Shown here: piece after piece, positions 9,290-19,429 of the stretch
How positions within the stretch are numbered: position 1 is the first letter of the stretch
Layout of the letters: every line of letters starts with the position of its first letter
Source of the DNA: a virus
Lineage: Duplodnaviria; Caudoviricetes
IMG/VR virus record: IMGVR_UViG_642918906_000001
Location: 96,001-160,000 of that record
Strand: one strand, 5' to 3'
DNA: 64,000 bases
Program-made: the position numbers and the translations under genes
The notes under the pieces: model-generated
Database searches by the model: none
What the model was told of the DNA's origin: nothing
The model's input: only the letters and a program-made list of their open reading frames with translations

Positions 9290-12058
9290 ATGTTGAAAAA
9301 AATTAATAGCGCCAACTTATTCTCTATGGAGAATCACGATGAGCAAACTACCGAAGAACTTCCAGAGCAAGGCGTTGTAGTAGAAGCCGATGCCGAAGCG
9401 GTAGTAGCCGAGGCCACACCATCTGAAGACGTAACTGAAGCTGGTGACGACATTGGTCAAGCAACCCCTAACGATGAGATCGATGCCAGTCCAGATGCCG
9501 ATCTTACCGTAACCGAAACAACCGTTCAATCGCCAGATGGTGGTGAGACTGAAGAAGTTTCCAAACTGCTTGAAGAAGGCCAACAAGCCGCAGCTACCAA
9601 AGATGAAATCGTAGCTACCGCAACTGCCGAAGTAACCGGTGGTGAATCTGATGCCGTTGATGTAAATGGTAATGCCATTACTGAAGAGCAGGCTGTAGAA
9701 AACGAAGAGCAAGAAAACGTTGATGATGAAGTCGACGAAGAAGCTGAGAAGACTGCTGCTGACAAAGACATCCACGAACAAGTAGACGACGTAACTGAAA
9801 ACGTTGACGAAGAGCTTGGTGATGCAATCGGTGACGATTCTACCGACGGTGGTCTAGACGGTGAAGCTACTGATGACACATCTACCGATATCGATAGTTC
9901 TGGTAGTCAAGGTGATCTGGGTATGGACGCTGAAACCGGCGACCTAGGTGAACCAGAAGGCGGTGATGATACCGCATTTGACGATGACACTCCATTGGAG
10001 GGTGCTGACGATGTGGGTACAGATACCGATGCTACTGCTGACGATAGCAGTGGGGATGTGGGTAGCGATGAAACTGCTACAGGGTCTGACATGGATGATG
10101 TTGAATCCACTGACGGTGGCGACTTGGGTGGCGAAGAAACTGTCGACGATACCGTCGGGGTTGATGGCGATTCTGAGGTGGCTGACGACGTAGCGACTCA
10201 AAACGAGGCGGCTGATGTAACCGCTGAAGCTGCTAGCTCTGATACAGAGCAGACTGACTTCATCGCTGGTGACACCCCAGAGCAACATGGTGAAGAACCA
10301 TCCACTGACGAACTCCCTGCCAACGATGGTGAAGAGATTGTAGCCGAGGCCACTCCTGCTGTTCAGAATGAAACCGACGTGGGTTCCGCTGACGCCAATA
10401 TGGACGTTACACAATCCACCGCTGATGAAGTTGACTTCGACGATGAAACACCTCTGGAAGGTGCTGATGAGGAAACTGAAACAGAAGACCTCGAGGTTAA
10501 TGCTGAACAAGACCTTACCCCTACAGAAGTAGACGGTCAAGAAATTGACGGCAGTACTCCTGATGGGGCTACAGTTGAAGAATCTCAAACTGATCAACAA
10601 GCTGAAGAACTGGATGAAGTAAACGCTGAACCTGAAACCGAAGAGGAAGAAGGGGCTAATGAACCAGAAGACGGCGAGTCTGAAGTAGAGACCGAAACTG
10701 AGACTGACACAGATGGCTCTACTGAAGAAGTAGTGGAAGACATTACTGCATCCGGTGAACCTGGTCTAGACGCTGAAGCCGGTGAGATTGAAGAGACTGA
10801 CGAACCAGCTGATCTTGAAGAAGGTGAACTGGACATTCCTGACGTAGATACCGAGACCACTGAAGAAGAAGTCGAGGATGCTGCAATCACTGCTGATGAA
10901 GTAGAGGCTGAAGCAGACGCTGATGACGATAAAGGTGACATCGGTGAGAAGACCATTGAAGAACTCCAACGTGAGACTGAGTCCCTCGAAGAATTCCGGG
11001 TAATGCTGGAATGGGGTATCGCTAATGAGTCTTATGACCCAAGCCTGTTGGCTTACAAGTCTGTTCAAGCATCGCGTGTACGTGATCTGTTGAATGGTCT
11101 TGGTTGCAAGCTTCCGGCTGTATCACTTGAATCGTATACTGCTAAAGATATGGACTTGGCTTACCAAGCATCTCTCGAATCGGTTCGTGGCATGTTGTCG
11201 CGCATTTCGGGTATCAGTCACCAGTTGACTCAAAAGGTAGAACGTTGGTACGCTAAAGGTATGGTTGACAAAGTGAAGACTCGTACCACTGCTTTGAACA
11301 AGCAGATTGACCTTTGCTTGGTTCAACTGAAAGAAGCTGACGTATCGACTCACGAAGTTAATGCGATTGGTGCATACCTCGCTCATGCCGACGGTAATCT
11401 GGTTAAAGCTGTTTCCGATGACCTCAAGATCATTTCCGATGTGAGTGTCAAAGGCTTTAAAGCAACTGAAGAACTGCAAACCAATCTGGTTAAAGCACTG
11501 AATGACATTACTGGTGCAGCAACTCCGGCTGAGGCTACTAGTGTTGCAGATAAAGTATCCCGTTTCAAAGATACCAAATCGGCTTTCCCTAACAAGGCAT
11601 TCAGTTCTGGTTTCCTTGGTGGCTTTAAGTTCGAGCTGAAAGAAGCAACAGGTGGTGACACACTGAAAGACAAGATCCTTAACATGGGTCGTCGTGCAGT
11701 ACCGGTTATCGTACGTGAGGGTAAAGGTACTAACACCAGTCAGAAACTGTCTAAGGGTGACGTTGCTAACCTGCTGACTATGGCTAAGGCTTACACTGCC
11801 CTGGCTAACAAGCTTGCAGACACTACTGGTGACCGTGCCGTTGATAACATTAGTAAGATCCGTCTTACTCGTGAACGTGCTCTACCGATCGCTGTAGAAG
11901 GTCGTGTACGTGGTGGTGACGAAGCTGCTATTGACGCAGCAGCTAGTGCATTGGAAATTGTAGCTAAGGCTCACAATGACATGTACAAGTTTGTTACCAA
12001 GCATTGCATCGACGTAGCTGACGCCCTGTGTGGTGTCGCTAAGAAGTTCAGTAAGTAA
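9290..12058 (+). CDS. Large inner-head protein with ~560 aa acidic propeptide (phiKZ gp97-like)
   Basis: 922 aa; D/E-rich low-complexity N-terminus; SME and several SLE sites; folded C-terminal ~300 aa. Confidence 0.7.
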   Translation: MLKKINSANLFSMENHDEQTTEELPEQGVVVEADAEAVVAEATPSEDVTEAGDDIGQATPNDEIDASPDADLTVTETTVQSPDGGETEEVSKLLEEGQQAAATKDEIVATATAEVTGGESDAVDVNGNAITEEQAVENEEQENVDDEVDEEAEKTAADKDIHEQVDDVTENVDEELGDAIGDDSTDGGLDGEATDDTSTDIDSSGSQGDLGMDAETGDLGEPEGGDDTAFDDDTPLEGADDVGTDTDATADDSSGDVGSDETATGSDMDDVESTDGGDLGGEETVDDTVGVDGDSEVADDVATQNEAADVTAEAASSDTEQTDFIAGDTPEQHGEEPSTDELPANDGEEIVAEATPAVQNETDVGSADANMDVTQSTADEVDFDDETPLEGADEETETEDLEVNAEQDLTPTEVDGQEIDGSTPDGATVEESQTDQQAEELDEVNAEPETEEEEGANEPEDGESEVETETETDTDGSTEEVVEDITASGEPGLDAEAGEIEETDEPADLEEGELDIPDVDTETTEEEVEDAAITADEVEAEADADDDKGDIGEKTIEELQRETESLEEFRVMLEWGIANESYDPSLLAYKSVQASRVRDLLNGLGCKLPAVSLESYTAKDMDLAYQASLESVRGMLSRISGISHQLTQKVERWYAKGMVDKVKTRTTALNKQIDLCLVQLKEADVSTHEVNAIGAYLAHADGNLVKAVSDDLKIISDVSVKGFKATEELQTNLVKALNDITGAATPAEATSVADKVSRFKDTKSAFPNKAFSSGFLGGFKFELKEATGGDTLKDKILNMGRRAVPVIVREGKGTNTSQKLSKGDVANLLTMAKAYTALANKLADTTGDRAVDNISKIRLTRERALPIAVEGRVRGGDEAAIDAAASALEIVAKAHNDMYKFVTKHCIDVADALCGVAKKFSK

Positions 12059-12067
12059 AAGCATAAT

Positions 12068-12093
12068 GGCCCTCCCTTCGGGGAGGGTTTATG
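12068..12093 (+). terminator. Terminator hairpin
   Basis: CCCTCCC-TTCG-GGGAGGG followed by TTTATG. Confidence 0.85.
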
Positions 12094-12179
12094 TCATCTT
12101 TTTACTCAGGTATAAACAGTATGTGGTATTGAGACCACACCTTAACTAGACCAGACCCTTAAGTGGGAGAGGCAAAGAG

Positions 12180-13052
12180 ATGAAAGATATTTTTATAGCA
12201 GAAGAAGCATATAATCCAACGATGATGGACGAGGCTACCGCCTCACCACTCGAGACATACCGTAAGTACGACGCTTACTTTAACTGGTTCCTAACTGAAG
12301 ACTTTGATGAAGATACGACGGTACCAAGTGGTGACCATGAACTGTTCAACTTCGTTATGACCCGTGAGAAAGAATACCGTAAGGCACCGATCGATAAAAT
12401 GTTTACTCCACCTACCCTAACTTGGGCTCGTCGAGATTGCATTTCTATCGGGGGTAAACTACTCGAGTCAAGTCACGAATTTGTCCAGTTTTTTGGTTAT
12501 ACCCCAGGGACTCTTATAGTACCCGGTATGGATCTTGAACCAAATGCAAAGTCGAAGAACCGTACTCTGCATGTAACAGTCGACCCACTTGATCCAGATC
12601 CTGAAAGAACCATCACAGCTATCCAATCAATTATTTTGGATACAGCAAATGGATTGAAACCAGATATCGACGAGGGTTATTCCACTTATGTGCCGATCGC
12701 AACTCGATTGATGGCTCTGTCTGATAATGCAGATGAGGTGATTGAGAAGGCACTTTGTAAATATTTTGACACACGTTCTGCAATTGAGTTCCTTAAGGCC
12801 GATGGTAGCCAACCGCTATTTAATCCGATCCCAGATTTCTGCCCTGGACAGACTCTCCCTAAATGGTACATCGAAGCATGGATTCTGAACCAGGAATTCA
12901 TCAAGTACCCAGAGTTCCAGAAGAATATCTGTCGTATTGTTTTTGAATATGCCGAGCGTGAAATTACCCGTGGTAACTTGGACATTAAGAAGATCCTTAA
13001 CTACCTGATCCGGTTGGGTCGATTCAACACACGTGTATACCTGATCAACTAA
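12180..13052 (+). CDS. Hypothetical protein
   Basis: 290 aa ORF; SD-like GGAGAGG; flanked by twin hairpins. Confidence 0.65.
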   Translation: MKDIFIAEEAYNPTMMDEATASPLETYRKYDAYFNWFLTEDFDEDTTVPSGDHELFNFVMTREKEYRKAPIDKMFTPPTLTWARRDCISIGGKLLESSHEFVQFFGYTPGTLIVPGMDLEPNAKSKNRTLHVTVDPLDPDPERTITAIQSIILDTANGLKPDIDEGYSTYVPIATRLMALSDNADEVIEKALCKYFDTRSAIEFLKADGSQPLFNPIPDFCPGQTLPKWYIEAWILNQEFIKYPEFQKNICRIVFEYAEREITRGNLDIKKILNYLIRLGRFNTRVYLIN

Positions 13053-13056
13053 TAAT

Positions 13057-13086
13057 GTCCCTCCCTTCGGGGAGGGCTTTATGCCG
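13057..13086 (+). terminator. Terminator hairpin
   Basis: GTCCCTCCC-TTCG-GGGAGGGC followed by TTTATGCCG. Confidence 0.85.
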
Positions 13087-13119
13087 CAATCTTATGAACT
13101 TTAAAATGAGGCTATTACC

Positions 13120-14781
13120 ATGCCTAACGCCGTTATTGTTTTACCTGATGTTTACGAAACCATTCAGCGAGCCGTAGCCGTGAGTGCCGTAACTCAGATT
13201 GCCCAGTTTATGGGATTGCCTCCTGAGACTGAAGTGTATTTCCCTGGTCGTGCTGAAACCGTCCCTATGAATGGTGCGGTGTTCGGTAATTGCTGTGATG
13301 CAACTAACGCCATTCGATTCGATCCAGAAGAACGGGTTGAGGTTAGGTACGATGAAATCGCTGAAGAAAACTTTACATTGTCTACAGCTGTAATGAACGA
13401 TCAGAACTACCCGATCTTTGCTGACACAAAGCATGGGATTTTCATTCATCCAGTTCGTAGGTTTGTTGACTTCCGTATTGACATTACTTACCAAGCGCCT
13501 AACGTTGTAGTTGCCCAGCGATGGTTGGATGATCAGCGTATTAAGTTGTCTGAGGGCTTTGGTGACATGACCATGGCTTTAGAGTACCATTACAACTTCT
13601 CATTACCTATGATGGCACTCCTTAAAGGCCTGTATGACACGCAGGAAGGTTCAGCCTATCCATCGGGTCAGTCTTTCAATGATTGGCTCATAGAGCGCAC
13701 TATACAGCCTCACACGGATATGGTTACTAATACTGATACTTTCCCTCAGTACACCGTGTATGAACGACAAGTAGACGTAGTGGGTCACTTTGATTTCATC
13801 AACACGCCTGAGACACCTCAGAAAGCATCTGATAACTCTGGTGCATACGAGTGTACGTTTAGTTACATCTGTAGGTATGACCGACCAACGCACATGTACA
13901 TCGAATATCCGATGATCATGAATCAGTGTCCGATCCCTAAGTTGTTCCGTCCTGATTATCCATATCAGAACTACCAGCAGATCGATCGTAAGACTACCGT
14001 GTTGCGTGGCTCACTGGATAAGGCTTTCCATATCTCTGCTCAACGTGGGTTACCTTACATTCAATATCCTGATACTGATACATGGGTTGCACCGGATGAG
14101 TTCCCTACCAAGCTTACGTTCTTTACCGGGTTGTTGATGCTTAACTGTAAAGATCTAAAGGCAGTGATGGACTTTAAGTCACTGGGTCGCTTTGCCTTCA
14201 CTCCATGGTTTGTTGAGTTCTTTGAATCTGTAGGTACTCGAGCATTCGGACCTAATAGCTTATTCGACATTCGACTGTACCGTAACAATGAACGATTGCA
14301 TATTCCATTAGTAATGGAACCCGGTACCCTTAAACTAAGGACTACGGTAGACTTAGATCCAGAATACTATTACCATATTCAGATTTCAGTTAATGGTAAC
14401 TGGTTGCAAATTCCAAAAGACACGTGGGAAGGAATTCGTAGATACCCAACAGTCTACTGGACTATCTGTCGGATGTTCTGGGTATGTCGTGGTAAAGAAC
14501 CTCTTGAGAAGCTTGAGTTGTTAGGTCTAGGTCGTCCTCGGACACCTAATCCCGATTGGCCAGGCGAGGGTACTACGGAATGGACTAAGGATGTACCACA
14601 TTTTCCTGAAGGTTATGTGAAGTGGGCCGATATTGAATGTGGTCGTACTGCTCGTGCTGAAACCATTCCTGGTCAAACTGGTCCTAATGGTACAGATGCA
14701 TTTACATCACTTCAAGCATACGGTCCAGCCAACGTACTCTACGCAGGTTTGATCGCCGACAAACTCGTTGGAGGTAACTAA
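13120..14781 (+). CDS. Virion structural protein (tail/neck region)
   Basis: 553 aa; SD GAGG; first gene of a translationally coupled block; function inferred from synteny only. Confidence 0.6.
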   Translation: MPNAVIVLPDVYETIQRAVAVSAVTQIAQFMGLPPETEVYFPGRAETVPMNGAVFGNCCDATNAIRFDPEERVEVRYDEIAEENFTLSTAVMNDQNYPIFADTKHGIFIHPVRRFVDFRIDITYQAPNVVVAQRWLDDQRIKLSEGFGDMTMALEYHYNFSLPMMALLKGLYDTQEGSAYPSGQSFNDWLIERTIQPHTDMVTNTDTFPQYTVYERQVDVVGHFDFINTPETPQKASDNSGAYECTFSYICRYDRPTHMYIEYPMIMNQCPIPKLFRPDYPYQNYQQIDRKTTVLRGSLDKAFHISAQRGLPYIQYPDTDTWVAPDEFPTKLTFFTGLLMLNCKDLKAVMDFKSLGRFAFTPWFVEFFESVGTRAFGPNSLFDIRLYRNNERLHIPLVMEPGTLKLRTTVDLDPEYYYHIQISVNGNWLQIPKDTWEGIRRYPTVYWTICRMFWVCRGKEPLEKLELLGLGRPRTPNPDWPGEGTTEWTKDVPHFPEGYVKWADIECGRTARAETIPGQTGPNGTDAFTSLQAYGPANVLYAGLIADKLVGGN

Positions 14782-16196
14782 TGGGTCTTTTTCATGAAAC
14801 GGAAGAAACGCCAATTGATCCAGAGGTAAGTCCAGTAGAGGTAAAAGCCTATTGCGAAACTTATCGAGGTATTGCCGTTGACACCAAGTATATTCCACGT
14901 TCAAGTATGCTTGCGTGGATTAATGGTTCTAACTGGCGAGCGAGTGCTTACTATTCGCAGATGCTGGACGCTACGCAAGAACCAACACCTTTAGCACTGA
15001 ACCGACGGCCGCCGTATCAACAGTACTACAAGATCATGAACATCGATATCAAAGTTAACCAACCTTTGGATATCAGTCAACGTGAAGATCTTCGTACTTT
15101 CAGTGTCACTGGTAGTGGTCACACTTATCCTGGCCTCGCAGCTAACTATGGCGACATGTTCACTGCTGGTGTTGGTGACGGACGCGTTGGTCTTTTTACT
15201 ATTACTAGCGCTCGCCGTGAAACATACCTACGGGATTCCACTTATGCAATCGAGTGGAAGATGGTTGGATGGCTCACCGAGCAGCAACAACAAGACTTAG
15301 ACGATAAATCACAGGTCACTTATTACTGGGATGCTAATCGGTTGGGTAATGGATGTAATCCATTTGTCACCGAAGAAGATTATCACGATAACCAAGAGTT
15401 CGCTAAGACGCGTGATGATATCATCCGTCGTTACATCGCTGACTTTTTCTCGACCCAGTACTTTACGTTCATTGTTCCAGACCAACTCAATAACACATAT
15501 GACCATTTTGTGGTAAAGGCTTTGTTGAGTATCATCGACACTAAATACTCGCGGGACTTACGTCGTGCGAAAGTGTTGAACGTCATGAGTTTGTCTGTGA
15601 TGCGTGAACCGACCGTATGGGACATGATCATCAAGCAAAACCCAGTCGTTGGGTGTGGCGCAACAGAGCGTGCTCACTTAGTCATGACCGCGATTGATCG
15701 TTGGAAACCTGAACTACAGGCCATCGGTTATTCTGGTATTCCACGAATGGTTTATCCAATCGATGCGCCAACTGATGTGGACTCCCAGTACAATGGCTCT
15801 AATCGCTGTACGCCTGAAGGTATTCCATTCCAGGCAGGGCAACCCCGTCGCCCACCTAAGGGTAAGTGGAAGCCTCAGTGGGAACGTGACGAACCGTGGT
15901 TCCATCGTGTACCGCCAGAACAGCAGACCAATATTGAAAAAGCTTGGTCTTACCCGCAAGACATTAAACCCGTCGTAATTGACGACTATTACGTTTTCTC
16001 TGAAGCCTTCTATTATGAAGACTCTAAGCTACAGAGTAAACTGGAATTATTAACTTGGCAGATGATCAATAACGAACCACTTAATCGCAGTCAGCTTAAA
16101 GCTGTGATTAAATGTTGTTTGTCGTGGGATAACCTTGAACGGTTCTATTACCACCCTGTATTGATTCTCTTGTTAGGTTACGCTATCAGGAACTAA
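14781..16196 (+). CDS. Virion structural protein (phiKZ gp99-like)
   Basis: 471 aa; TAATG overlap with upstream gene; synteny. Confidence 0.6.
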   Translation: MGLFHETEETPIDPEVSPVEVKAYCETYRGIAVDTKYIPRSSMLAWINGSNWRASAYYSQMLDATQEPTPLALNRRPPYQQYYKIMNIDIKVNQPLDISQREDLRTFSVTGSGHTYPGLAANYGDMFTAGVGDGRVGLFTITSARRETYLRDSTYAIEWKMVGWLTEQQQQDLDDKSQVTYYWDANRLGNGCNPFVTEEDYHDNQEFAKTRDDIIRRYIADFFSTQYFTFIVPDQLNNTYDHFVVKALLSIIDTKYSRDLRRAKVLNVMSLSVMREPTVWDMIIKQNPVVGCGATERAHLVMTAIDRWKPELQAIGYSGIPRMVYPIDAPTDVDSQYNGSNRCTPEGIPFQAGQPRRPPKGKWKPQWERDEPWFHRVPPEQQTNIEKAWSYPQDIKPVVIDDYYVFSEAFYYEDSKLQSKLELLTWQMINNEPLNRSQLKAVIKCCLSWDNLERFYYHPVLILLLGYAIRN

Positions 16197-16198
16197 TC

Positions 16199-16798
16199 AT
16201 GACTCAGGTGCGCAATTTTCAAATGTGTAAACGCCACACACCAGCATGGCGATTATTTAACCTTCGCTATAAATGCTTGGCTACCAACCTGATTGAAGTT
16301 ACGTCAGAGTACTTAGCTACGGGACAAGTCGTAATGAACGTCTCGGGTGATCCGACAGTAGATCGACTAGCAGCGGGTCGTATGGAAATCAAGAACCTTA
16401 CGGCAGCGGCCATTGCGATGTTTATGGATGAAGGTCACGCTATCGCTATTACGGATATGTACGACTGTGTGCAGATCTACAACGATATTCAGGACCATCT
16501 ACACAATCACCTGATGGCCTCTAGACAAGCGTTTCACAAAGATGATTTGCCACCGATTGAAGAACTGAGGATGTTTGAAGCTTTAGCCCTAGAAGTCTAC
16601 CAAGTCGCTAAGCGCCTAGAGCCAAAAGCATCTCAGGTCCATGGTGGTATCTTTGATAGTTTCATTGAGATGTCTCGTCGTCGTAATTTGATTGCCACTA
16701 ACAAATTCCTCAAGGCTCAAACAGAATCTGACGGTAAGATCAAACCTTACATTTCGATCGTTGACGATATTGAATCCAACATGGCGGAGCTGATGTAA
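16199..16798 (+). CDS. Conserved hypothetical protein (phiKZ gp100-like)
   Basis: 199 aa; tight coupling to both neighbours. Confidence 0.55.
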   Translation: MTQVRNFQMCKRHTPAWRLFNLRYKCLATNLIEVTSEYLATGQVVMNVSGDPTVDRLAAGRMEIKNLTAAAIAMFMDEGHAIAITDMYDCVQIYNDIQDHLHNHLMASRQAFHKDDLPPIEELRMFEALALEVYQVAKRLEPKASQVHGGIFDSFIEMSRRRNLIATNKFLKAQTESDGKIKPYISIVDDIESNMAELM

Positions 16799-18177
16799 TG
16801 TCATTTGACTCTACACTACTTTACAAAGAAGCTGAAAGAGTTCGAGATGCAGGCGAAGGTTATCACAACGTACGGACTACTGTTAATATACTAGCCAATG
16901 GTAAATGGACTCAACCGAATCGGGTTGAACACATTCACTTAGTTAGAGATTACAGTACAGGTCCACTGGGCGATGTCCGTCAACTTGAAGTGTTGATGCT
17001 ATTAGGCGATTACACCTTCGACATCCTACCCTACCGTGATAACCTTACTATCGACATTACAGAGATTCCTTTGATGGAAGGTAACTCTGCTCGAAACTGG
17101 GAACGCTTCGCTGGCACTAAACGGTATAAAGCCATCCTCGATCTTGAGGGTGGCGATAATACAGTACTTACAAACAAACAGTCGGCTATGACTAACAAAG
17201 CTCAGATGAACCAAGTGGGTATGAAGTCTGTGGTCTTTACCCTAGTCGACGAGATCTGTTACAAACTGATGATGGTGACCACCGGCTTAACGTTCAGGCA
17301 GATGACTTCATTGGACATGATCCAGTACGTGCACAAATTATACTTTGACCAATTGTTCGAAGGGTCATCTGAGCGCATCGAAGGCATTAACGTTTGGCGT
17401 GATCAGGCTAATCCCGCGGTCATACACCAACTAGCCTTACCGGATGGTATCCCACTCAAAGATGTCTGTAGGTTTATTCAGAACGATGAGTGTGGTGTTT
17501 ACCCAACAGGGCTAGGTCGGTATATTCAAAACAAGCAGTTCTATGTGTATCCTTTATTTGATACGACTCGGTATTCAAAGAACTCAAAGGTACTCAATAT
17601 TATCAACATGCCTAACGACCGATTCAAAGGTTCAGAGAAAACATTCTTGGACAATGATCGGTCATTAACGATTATCGTGACGGGTACTTCCATAGCCAAC
17701 GATAAATCTACTGGCACTAAGATCCAAGATGGTAACGGGTTTCGTTTTGGCGATTTAAATAAATTGCTGAACACAGGTACAATCAAAGATAACCGAATGT
17801 TGATCGATCGGGCAACGAACTTGTTTGAAGTAACATCTGAAACACTCGCTGATGGTTTGAATAACATGCGCTGGTCTGCGGATAGGTTTACAGCTAACCC
17901 GTTTAAACAGTACACCACAATGGCTCAACAACAAGGCCAACCTGTGACTGTACAGTGGACGCGCGGTAATGCCGATCTGCTGGAGCCGGGAATGCCTGTT
18001 AAATTCCAGACCATCGATGGTGCCACCGTTAATACTTACTACGGTACGCTATTAGGTGTAAACGATAACCGAGCACCTGTTGACTCAGGTAACATCAATA
18101 CCCGATTTGACGGTATCACCACCTTAAGCCTGTTCTTAGTAAGGCAGACTGAAACTGCTGAAGCTAACGCAGTATAA
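16798..18177 (+). CDS. Putative baseplate hub protein (phiKZ gp101-like)
   Basis: 459 aa beta-rich; C-terminal LLEPGMPVKF motif typical of hub proteins; synteny. Confidence 0.55.
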   Translation: MSFDSTLLYKEAERVRDAGEGYHNVRTTVNILANGKWTQPNRVEHIHLVRDYSTGPLGDVRQLEVLMLLGDYTFDILPYRDNLTIDITEIPLMEGNSARNWERFAGTKRYKAILDLEGGDNTVLTNKQSAMTNKAQMNQVGMKSVVFTLVDEICYKLMMVTTGLTFRQMTSLDMIQYVHKLYFDQLFEGSSERIEGINVWRDQANPAVIHQLALPDGIPLKDVCRFIQNDECGVYPTGLGRYIQNKQFYVYPLFDTTRYSKNSKVLNIINMPNDRFKGSEKTFLDNDRSLTIIVTGTSIANDKSTGTKIQDGNGFRFGDLNKLLNTGTIKDNRMLIDRATNLFEVTSETLADGLNNMRWSADRFTANPFKQYTTMAQQQGQPVTVQWTRGNADLLEPGMPVKFQTIDGATVNTYYGTLLGVNDNRAPVDSGNINTRFDGITTLSLFLVRQTETAEANAV

Positions 18178-18190
18178 CCGGAGGACTACG

Positions 18191-18562
18191 ATGAACGTCT
18201 ATTTCCATATTGACCCGTCGTGGTCCTACCAATTCTTAACTAGACATAAAAAAATTATAGCTAACTATGATTTCTTTACCTTTAGTGATCGTTTCTTAAC
18301 AGTTGGTATTAATGTGCTAATGGCACATGCTAACTTTCAACTGACTAATAACGCTTCACAATTCTCAACAGCAATGGATCAGGTAACCCGTCTATGTGAC
18401 GACTACCCTATGTTAGGTCAATATATACCTGCGGCATTTGAACAGCTAAGACGCATTCATCATGACGCGTTAAACGCTATACAAAGACCCATTCTCAATT
18501 ACCAACCGGTTATTGATGATATGTATATACTGACTGGTATCGTATTCACATTAGTTATTTAA
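18191..18562 (+). CDS. Hypothetical protein
   Basis: 123 aa; SD GGAGG. Confidence 0.65.
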   Translation: MNVYFHIDPSWSYQFLTRHKKIIANYDFFTFSDRFLTVGINVLMAHANFQLTNNASQFSTAMDQVTRLCDDYPMLGQYIPAAFEQLRRIHHDALNAIQRPILNYQPVIDDMYILTGIVFTLVI

Positions 18563-18567
18563 AGCTA

Positions 18568-18591
18568 TTTAAAGCCTATATTACTTTTGTG
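18568..18591 (+). promoter_or_regulatory. Early (virion RNAP) promoter
   Basis: TTTAAAG-CC-TATATTAC-TTTT-GTG; TATATTAC is the phiKZ early promoter motif; three copies in the window. Confidence 0.8.
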
Positions 18592-18613
18592 AATTAACTT
18601 AGAGGTAATCATT

Positions 18614-18790
18614 ATGTTTTTCGGTAGTTTCTATGATGAAGACAAATCTCAAGAATCCAATAAAAAGGAATCTGAGAAAGCACGCCATAACCGCGATGTA
18701 ATGTTGTGTGTTACGGCAGCTATAGGTCTTGTAACGGCCGTCGCCACGGCTAGTATGGCTTTGAAGAAGGTGGTGAAAGAGATCGTGTGA
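18614..18790 (+). CDS. Small membrane protein, 58 aa (absent from ORF track)
   Basis: SD GAGGT; MFFGSFYDEDKSQESNKKESEKARHNRDVMLCVTAAIGLVTAVATASMALKKVVKEIV; one hydrophobic helix. Confidence 0.65.
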   Translation: MFFGSFYDEDKSQESNKKESEKARHNRDVMLCVTAAIGLVTAVATASMALKKVVKEIV

Positions 18791-18838
18791 AGCTGTACAA
18801 TTAGATGAGGGGAAACCCGAATCTATTTGGAGGCCAAC

Positions 18839-19321
18839 ATGGTTGAATTCGTTATCGGTACAGACATCTTTAAACACGATGGTGATCTGTATCTAATCAC
18901 AGTAAATTGCATTGGAGTCATGGGTGCCGGCTTAGCTAAGTCGTTTAAAGAAATGCATCCTGATTTGTATGAACGCTATCGTCATGATTGTAAGATGAAA
19001 ATGATTACCATCGGTAATCCAGTAATCTATCAAGCGGACAATGGCAAACGCTACATGATGTTCCCCACTAAAGACCGATGGCAAGATCCATCACAAGCCA
19101 GTTACATATCCGCAGGTTTAACGTGGATGGTTGATTCGGTTGGTGAAGGTGAAGAAATCGATCCTAAGTGGAAGATCGTAATACCCCCGCTTGGCTGCGC
19201 TAATGGTGGACTCAACTTCAATGAGGTTAGAGAAACCATCAAGACGTTTGGCGAAGCTATGCCTAATCCGATCGTGGTGGTTTATCCGCCTTGGATGGAA
19301 AGCAGTGAAACATGGGATTAA
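18839..19321 (+). CDS. Macrodomain ADP-ribosylhydrolase, DarG/TARG1-like
   Basis: Motifs TVNCIGVMGAGLA, FPTK, IPPLGCANGGL; SD GGAGG. Confidence 0.85.
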   Translation: MVEFVIGTDIFKHDGDLYLITVNCIGVMGAGLAKSFKEMHPDLYERYRHDCKMKMITIGNPVIYQADNGKRYMMFPTKDRWQDPSQASYISAGLTWMVDSVGEGEEIDPKWKIVIPPLGCANGGLNFNEVRETIKTFGEAMPNPIVVVYPPWMESSETWD

Positions 19322-19329
19322 CTCGTACT

Positions 19330-19361
19330 GACCACTCCTAATTGGGGTGGTCTTTATGCCG
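19330..19361 (+). terminator. Terminator hairpin
   Basis: GACCACTCC-TAATT-GGGGTGGTC followed by TTTATGCCG. Confidence 0.8.
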
Positions 19362-19377
19362 TCAATAATAGAACCCA

Positions 19378-19401
19378 TTTAAAGGGTATATTACGATAGT
19401 G
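19378..19401 (+). promoter_or_regulatory. Early promoter
   Basis: TTTAAAG-GG-TATATTAC-GATA-GTG. Confidence 0.8.
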
Positions 19402-19429
19402 AATTAAAACAGTTAAAGGAGTTTGTAAC

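Noticed and set aside
9526-10956. Ser-rich minus-strand ORFs
   Set aside because: Reverse-frame reading of GAN (Asp/Glu) codons in the acidic propeptide.
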